Below, piece by piece: positions 59,534 to 64,000 of a stretch of DNA of 64,000 bases. Every line of letters starts with the position of its first letter. Position 1 is the stretch's first letter. The notes under the pieces are model-generated. The model was not told the origin of the DNA, searched no databases, and saw only the letters and a program-made list of their open reading frames with translations. The DNA lies in the NCBI GenBank assembly GCA_963842085.1, contig CAWJET010000001.1, positions 672,001 through 736,000 of the forward strand, in the 5' to 3' direction. The position numbers and the translations under genes are program-made. This DNA is from an uncultured delta proteobacterium. Its GTDB lineage: Bacteria; Desulfobacterota; Binatia; Binatales; Binataceae.

Positions 59534-60513
59534 CACACAGCAGGGCCCTCTACGCCAGTGAGGAACCGATCAGGATCGGAGTCTCATCGTGCCTGCTCGG
59601 CGCCAAGGTCCGCTTCGACGGCGGCCACAAGCGCAGCGATTTCCTGGTCGATACGCTAGGCAGTTTCGTTGAGTTTGTTCCCGTCTGCCCGGAATTGGAG
59701 ATTGGGCTGGGCGTTCCGCGTGAAACTCTGCGACTCGTCCGCGACGGCACAGCTCAGGCGACAAGACTGGTAGCGAATCAAACCGCCATCGACCATACCA
59801 AGGCGATGAACTCATACGCGGAACGCCGGGTTGTGGCGCTCGGACGGGAGGGACTTTCCGGCTACATCCTGAAGAAGGACTCGCCGAGTTGCGGCATGGA
59901 GCGGGTGCGCGTCTACGGGTCCTCCGGGATGCCCACACGCGACGGATCAGGTTTGTTCGCGGCGGCGTTGATGCGTCGGTACCCCAGTTTGCCGGTGGAG
60001 GAAGAAGGGCGGCTGAACGATCCGTACCTGCGCGAGAACTTCGTCGAGCGGGTGTTCGCCTACCGGCGCCTGCGCTCTTTCTTCGCCTCGCGATGGACGC
60101 TCGGCGGACTGGTTCGGTTCCACACCATGCATAAGCTCAGCTTGATGGCGCACTCGCCCAAGGCTTACGGTGAACTGGGCCGATTCGTCGCCTACGCGAA
60201 ACGAATGGCCAGGGACGACGTACCCGAGCTCTACGAGTCCGCATTCATGGAAGCGCTGAAAAAGCTGGCGACCACGGCGCGTCACCGCAATGTGCTGCAG
60301 CACATGCTCGGCTATCTCCGGCCGCATCTGGATCAGGATTCACGCGACGAGCTCGTCACACTGATTGAAGATTACGGGCGCGGACTGGTGCCGCTGATCG
60401 TGCCAATCGCGCTCTTCCGGCACTACGTGCGAAAGTTTGACGTCGCTTATTTGCGCGGACAGGTTTATCTCGAACCGCATCCGAAAGAGCTGATGCTCCG
60501 CAATCACGTCTGA
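59521..60513 (+). CDS. DUF523/DUF1722 (YbgA-like) protein
   Basis: GVSSCLLG.VRFDGGHK, CPE, SPSCG, EEEGRL, YLEPHP; start uncertain. Confidence 0.9.
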   Translation: MERVAHSRALYASEEPIRIGVSSCLLGAKVRFDGGHKRSDFLVDTLGSFVEFVPVCPELEIGLGVPRETLRLVRDGTAQATRLVANQTAIDHTKAMNSYAERRVVALGREGLSGYILKKDSPSCGMERVRVYGSSGMPTRDGSGLFAAALMRRYPSLPVEEEGRLNDPYLRENFVERVFAYRRLRSFFASRWTLGGLVRFHTMHKLSLMAHSPKAYGELGRFVAYAKRMARDDVPELYESAFMEALKKLATTARHRNVLQHMLGYLRPHLDQDSRDELVTLIEDYGRGLVPLIVPIALFRHYVRKFDVAYLRGQVYLEPHPKELMLRNHV

Positions 60514-60743
60514 CGGTGGGCGATTTTTGGTTCGAGCTGACCCCGACGTTAGCAACGACCTCTGCTACACCGTCGGCGAGGTTAGAGACGAGGCACGACT
60601 AAAGCGAATTTATGCTTGCGAAGTTTTATTACTACCTTGTCACGGCTGTGGAAGCTCTATTTTCGACGGATCGGCGGGTTTTTCCGGCTTTTGGACTGAC
60701 CTTCATGATTGGTTTCCCTTCGGATGCGAACCACTCCAATCAG

Positions 60744-63239
60744 CTATGTGAGGGGACAAGGCTCAACGTTCCAGATGTCCCTCGCGTACTCCGCGATGGT
60801 ACGGTCGCTGGAGAACTTACCGGACCCGGCCACGTTCAGGATCGCCTTGCGTGACCATTCTTCTGGATCTGCATACAACTCGACGAGCCTGCGGTCCGCG
60901 TCCAGATACGATCTGAGGTCCGCCAGATGCATGTAGTAATCGCCATGCGTAAGGAGGGTGTCCCGCAACGGCTCGAACACGCCACGCTCATTGGGGCTGA
61001 AGTGATCGGAAAAGATCAGGTCCAACGCGGCACGCGTCTCGGGCTCATTGTCATAGTGCCAATGTGGGTTGTACCGGCTTCGGCTATCGGCCACCTGCTG
61101 GGCTGTGAGGCCAAACAAGAAGAAGTTTTCTTCACCCGCTTGCTGCGCCATTTCGATAGTAGCTCCGTCGCGGGTGCCGATAGTCAGAGCTCCGTTCATC
61201 ATGAACTTCATATTGCTGGTGCCGCTGGCTTCGTAACCTGCGGTTGAAATCTGATTGGAAACGTCGCTGGCGGGAATCAGCCGTTCCGCCAGCGAAACGT
61301 CGTACTCAGGGACAAACACGACTTTGATTTGACCTCGCATCGTGGGGTCGTTGTCGATCTTATCGGCCATATTGTTAATGAACTTTATGATGAGCTTGGC
61401 GAGCTGGTAGCCTGGCGCAGCCTTCCCGGCGAAGAAGAAGGTTCGCGGCTGTATCTGCGCATTGGGGTTTTCCAGCAGTCGGTTGTACAGCACCACTATG
61501 CGGAGGGCGTTCAGTAGCTGTCGCTTGTATTCGTGGATGCGTTTAACCTGGCTATCGAAAATTGAATCTGGATCTACCGTTACCCCGAACTTCGATTTGA
61601 GCCAGTCAACAAACCGGACTTTCGTTTGACGAGTGGCTTGACGGAAGTTGTCGCGAAAGGCTCCGTTCCCGGCAAGCGGTTTTAGTTTGCTCAACTGACT
61701 CAGGTCGGTAATCCAGCCGTCGCCGATTGCATCCGTAATGGTGCGGGCCAGCGCCGGATTTGCCAGCAGCAACCAGCGCCGCGGCGTGACGCCGTTGGTC
61801 TTGTTGTTGAAGCGTTCGGGAAACAACTCGGCCAGATCTTTAACCGTCGTGGTGCGCAGTAATTGAGAGTGAATCTCGGCTACACCGTTGGTGCTGTGCG
61901 ACCCGACGATCGCCAGGTTGGCCATCCGTACGTGCTTGTTCGCGCCTTCCTCGATCAGCCTGATCCTGGCGGCACGGCCGTCGTCATCCGGAAAGCGGCT
62001 ACGAACGTCATCGAGCAACCGCCGATTGATTTCGAATATGATCTCCAGATTGCGCGGTATAAGTATCTGAAACCACTCAACCGGCCATTTTTCGAGAGCT
62101 TCGGGCAGGAGCGTATGGTTGGTGTACGCGAGCGTTCTGCGCGTCAGGTCCCAGGCCTCGTCCCAGCCGAGCTTCGCTTGGTCGAGCAGAATCCGCATCA
62201 ACTCCGGCACCGCCATCGCTGGATGTGTGTCGTTGAGCTGTATCGCTACTTTCTCAGGAAGGGCGCTCCAATCGGGATTGTCGTGCCGGAACCGTCGCAC
62301 AATATCGGCAAGCGCGCAGGCGACCAGAAAGTACTCCTGTACGAAGCGCAGGCCCTGTCCCAAACTGGTAGAGTCGTCTGGATAGAGGACTCGGGTGAGG
62401 GATTCAGCCCCCAACCTCTCTGCGACGGCGGCGACGAAATCGCCGTGGCTGAACTCTTGAAAGTTGAACTCGTCTGGAGCGGCGGCGGCCCACAGTCTTA
62501 GCGTGTTTATGGTCTTGCCGCCGTAGCCAACCACCGGACGATCAAAGGGAATCCCTATCAGCGTCGAAGGCCGATCGCTGACCGGATGTAGCGCTCCCCC
62601 GCGGAGCTCAATGGAGCAGTTGAGCTGCAGTTCGACTCTTTCATGCGGACGAGCCACTTCCCAAGGGTCCGGGCGACGCAGCCAATTGTCCGGGCGTTCC
62701 CACTGCCAGCCATCTCGAATTGATTGCTTGAACATCCCATATTCGTAGCGCAGCCCATAGCCCATGGCTGGCAACTGCATCGTCGCCATCGAATCCAGGA
62801 AGCAGGCCGCAAGACGGCCGAGGCCTCCATTGCCGAGACCGGCGTCCGGCTCCTGGTCCAGCACGCCCATCCAATCAAGATTTTTTTCTTTGATGAGTTG
62901 CTTGGCGATGGGATCGAGCAGCAGATTTTGAACATTGTGGGCGAGCGAGCGACCGAGAAGAAACTCTATCGACAAATAATAGACACGTTTTGGATTCCTG
63001 CCCTCGTAGGTTTGCTCGGTCTGGATCCAACGTTGAGAGAGTACGTCGCGTACGGATCGCGCGATGGCTTCAAACCGATTGCGCGCGTCGGCGACCTTTA
63101 TGTCCGTAACACTGTCGAAAAGAAGATGTCGCTCATAGAGCGCCTCATCCGCTCCGACGAATTTCACCGGACCACATCCATACTGCGCCAGGAGCTTGGC
63201 TATGGTCTCGGGGCTCACCGCTCTCACAATAGTTGCCAC
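60744..63239 (-). CDS. glgP: Glycogen/starch/alpha-glucan phosphorylase
   Basis: GLGNGGLGRLAACF, KRIHEYKRQ, EASGTSNMKFMMNG PLP-lysine motif. Confidence 0.97.
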   Translation of the reverse strand: MATIVRAVSPETIAKLLAQYGCGPVKFVGADEALYERHLLFDSVTDIKVADARNRFEAIARSVRDVLSQRWIQTEQTYEGRNPKRVYYLSIEFLLGRSLAHNVQNLLLDPIAKQLIKEKNLDWMGVLDQEPDAGLGNGGLGRLAACFLDSMATMQLPAMGYGLRYEYGMFKQSIRDGWQWERPDNWLRRPDPWEVARPHERVELQLNCSIELRGGALHPVSDRPSTLIGIPFDRPVVGYGGKTINTLRLWAAAAPDEFNFQEFSHGDFVAAVAERLGAESLTRVLYPDDSTSLGQGLRFVQEYFLVACALADIVRRFRHDNPDWSALPEKVAIQLNDTHPAMAVPELMRILLDQAKLGWDEAWDLTRRTLAYTNHTLLPEALEKWPVEWFQILIPRNLEIIFEINRRLLDDVRSRFPDDDGRAARIRLIEEGANKHVRMANLAIVGSHSTNGVAEIHSQLLRTTTVKDLAELFPERFNNKTNGVTPRRWLLLANPALARTITDAIGDGWITDLSQLSKLKPLAGNGAFRDNFRQATRQTKVRFVDWLKSKFGVTVDPDSIFDSQVKRIHEYKRQLLNALRIVVLYNRLLENPNAQIQPRTFFFAGKAAPGYQLAKLIIKFINNMADKIDNDPTMRGQIKVVFVPEYDVSLAERLIPASDVSNQISTAGYEASGTSNMKFMMNGALTIGTRDGATIEMAQQAGEENFFLFGLTAQQVADSRSRYNPHWHYDNEPETRAALDLIFSDHFSPNERGVFEPLRDTLLTHGDYYMHLADLRSYLDADRRLVELYADPEEWSRKAILNVAGSGKFSSDRTIAEYARDIWNVEPCPLT

Positions 63240-63295
63240 TTCTCTTCCCTTGTAATTGATCGTCGCGTTCGTAACGGCAGTTCGGCAGCTCGTTC

Positions 63296-63895
63296 TTAGT
63301 GATCCATGAGATGGTGCAAATCATTCCAAAACTTGATTACCGGCCGCGTCAGATCATTTTCATAGCTAAGCGCGCTCAGGCTCGCAGTGCTCAGTAGAAA
63401 ATGTTCCCCAGCCTGCGGTTCGAAGCCCAGCCAGCGTGCCGCTAGTACGCGGAGAAAGTGCCCACTCGAAAAAATCAGAACGTCCTCCTGGAGCGCCCGC
63501 ACACGGCCAACCACACGATCAGCTCTTGCTCCAACCTCGGCGACCGACTCGCCCCCGGGGCAGCCGTCGCGAAATAGCTTCCATCCAGGGCGCTTGGCAC
63601 GGATCTCCTGAGTGCGAAGTCCCTCGTATTCACCGTAATTCCATTCGACCAAGTCGCGATCGACCTCGGCTTGAGCGCCGAACCCAGCCAGCTCACATGT
63701 GCGGCGCGCTCGTTGTAGTGGACTGGTAAATACCTTGGCGAAGAACCGTCTTTGGAGCTGGTTACCGAGGTGGCGGGCGTTACTTTGTCCGCGCTCGGTC
63801 AGAGGAAGATCAGTAAGCCCCGTATGCTGACCCGAGAGACTCCACGCCGTCTCGCCGTGCCTCGCGATGTAAAGCGTCGGGAGCATTTCATTCAT
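63296..63895 (-). CDS. Histidine phosphatase (phosphoglycerate mutase) family protein
   Basis: RHGETAW, SPLQRA, EWNYGEYEG, GGES. Confidence 0.92.
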   Translation of the reverse strand: MNEMLPTLYIARHGETAWSLSGQHTGLTDLPLTERGQSNARHLGNQLQRRFFAKVFTSPLQRARRTCELAGFGAQAEVDRDLVEWNYGEYEGLRTQEIRAKRPGWKLFRDGCPGGESVAEVGARADRVVGRVRALQEDVLIFSSGHFLRVLAARWLGFEPQAGEHFLLSTASLSALSYENDLTRPVIKFWNDLHHLMDH

Positions 63896-63916
63896 CGGTC
63901 GGTTCCTTCGGAAACT

Positions 63917-64000
63917 TCAGAACGGCCACTGCCAGTCCGTGATGTCCATCGGATCGATACCGAACTGGTGCGCGTGGTTTTTGCTTTTTATCTGCTGGTT
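63917..64000 (-). CDS. xfp: 3' end of a probable phosphoketolase (partial)
   Basis: Reads NQQIKSKNHAHQFGIDPMDITDWQWPF-stop, resembling phosphoketolase C-termini; only 27 codons visible. Confidence 0.55.
   Translation of the reverse strand, partial: NQQIKSKNHAHQFGIDPMDITDWQWPF

Noticed and set aside
60527-60751. Small ORF after the YbgA-like gene
   Set aside because: No recognisable family; may be a remnant but unsupported

Overview
Bacterial, GC-rich window. The left ~38 kb looks like one chemolithoautotrophy island with three blocks. (i) A minus-strand operon that joins a membrane-bound group 1 [NiFe]-hydrogenase (small, large and cytochrome b subunits, protease), a monoheme cytochrome c, hypFCDE, a stand-alone HypX-C-terminal-like crotonase and hypAB directly to an MtrA/MtrB-type decaheme porin-cytochrome conduit; it continues off the left edge. 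(ii) A plus-strand Calvin-cycle operon (glpX, prk, cbbA, red-type RuBisCO cbbLS, cbbX). (iii) A convergent minus-strand heme-copper oxidase operon. Its subunit I lacks the K-channel residues (a natural K362M equivalent), and it also carries two subunit II paralogues, a porin plus monoheme cytochrome c, two cupredoxin-type proteins, a NirK-like protein that has lost its type-2 copper site, heme o synthase and the Calvin-cycle gene rpe. The right ~25 kb is accessory catabolic and stress genes (arylsulfatase, acyl-CoA enzymes, NnrS, fucosidase, LLM oxidoreductase, CocE/NonD, a decaying photolyase cluster, glycogen phosphorylase, end of a phosphoketolase), with transposase relics and gene fragments; one MITE sits inside the oxidase operon. 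No rRNA, tRNA or CRISPR array was seen. All calls come from reading motifs by eye with no database searches, and many start codons were moved downstream of the supplied ORF starts.
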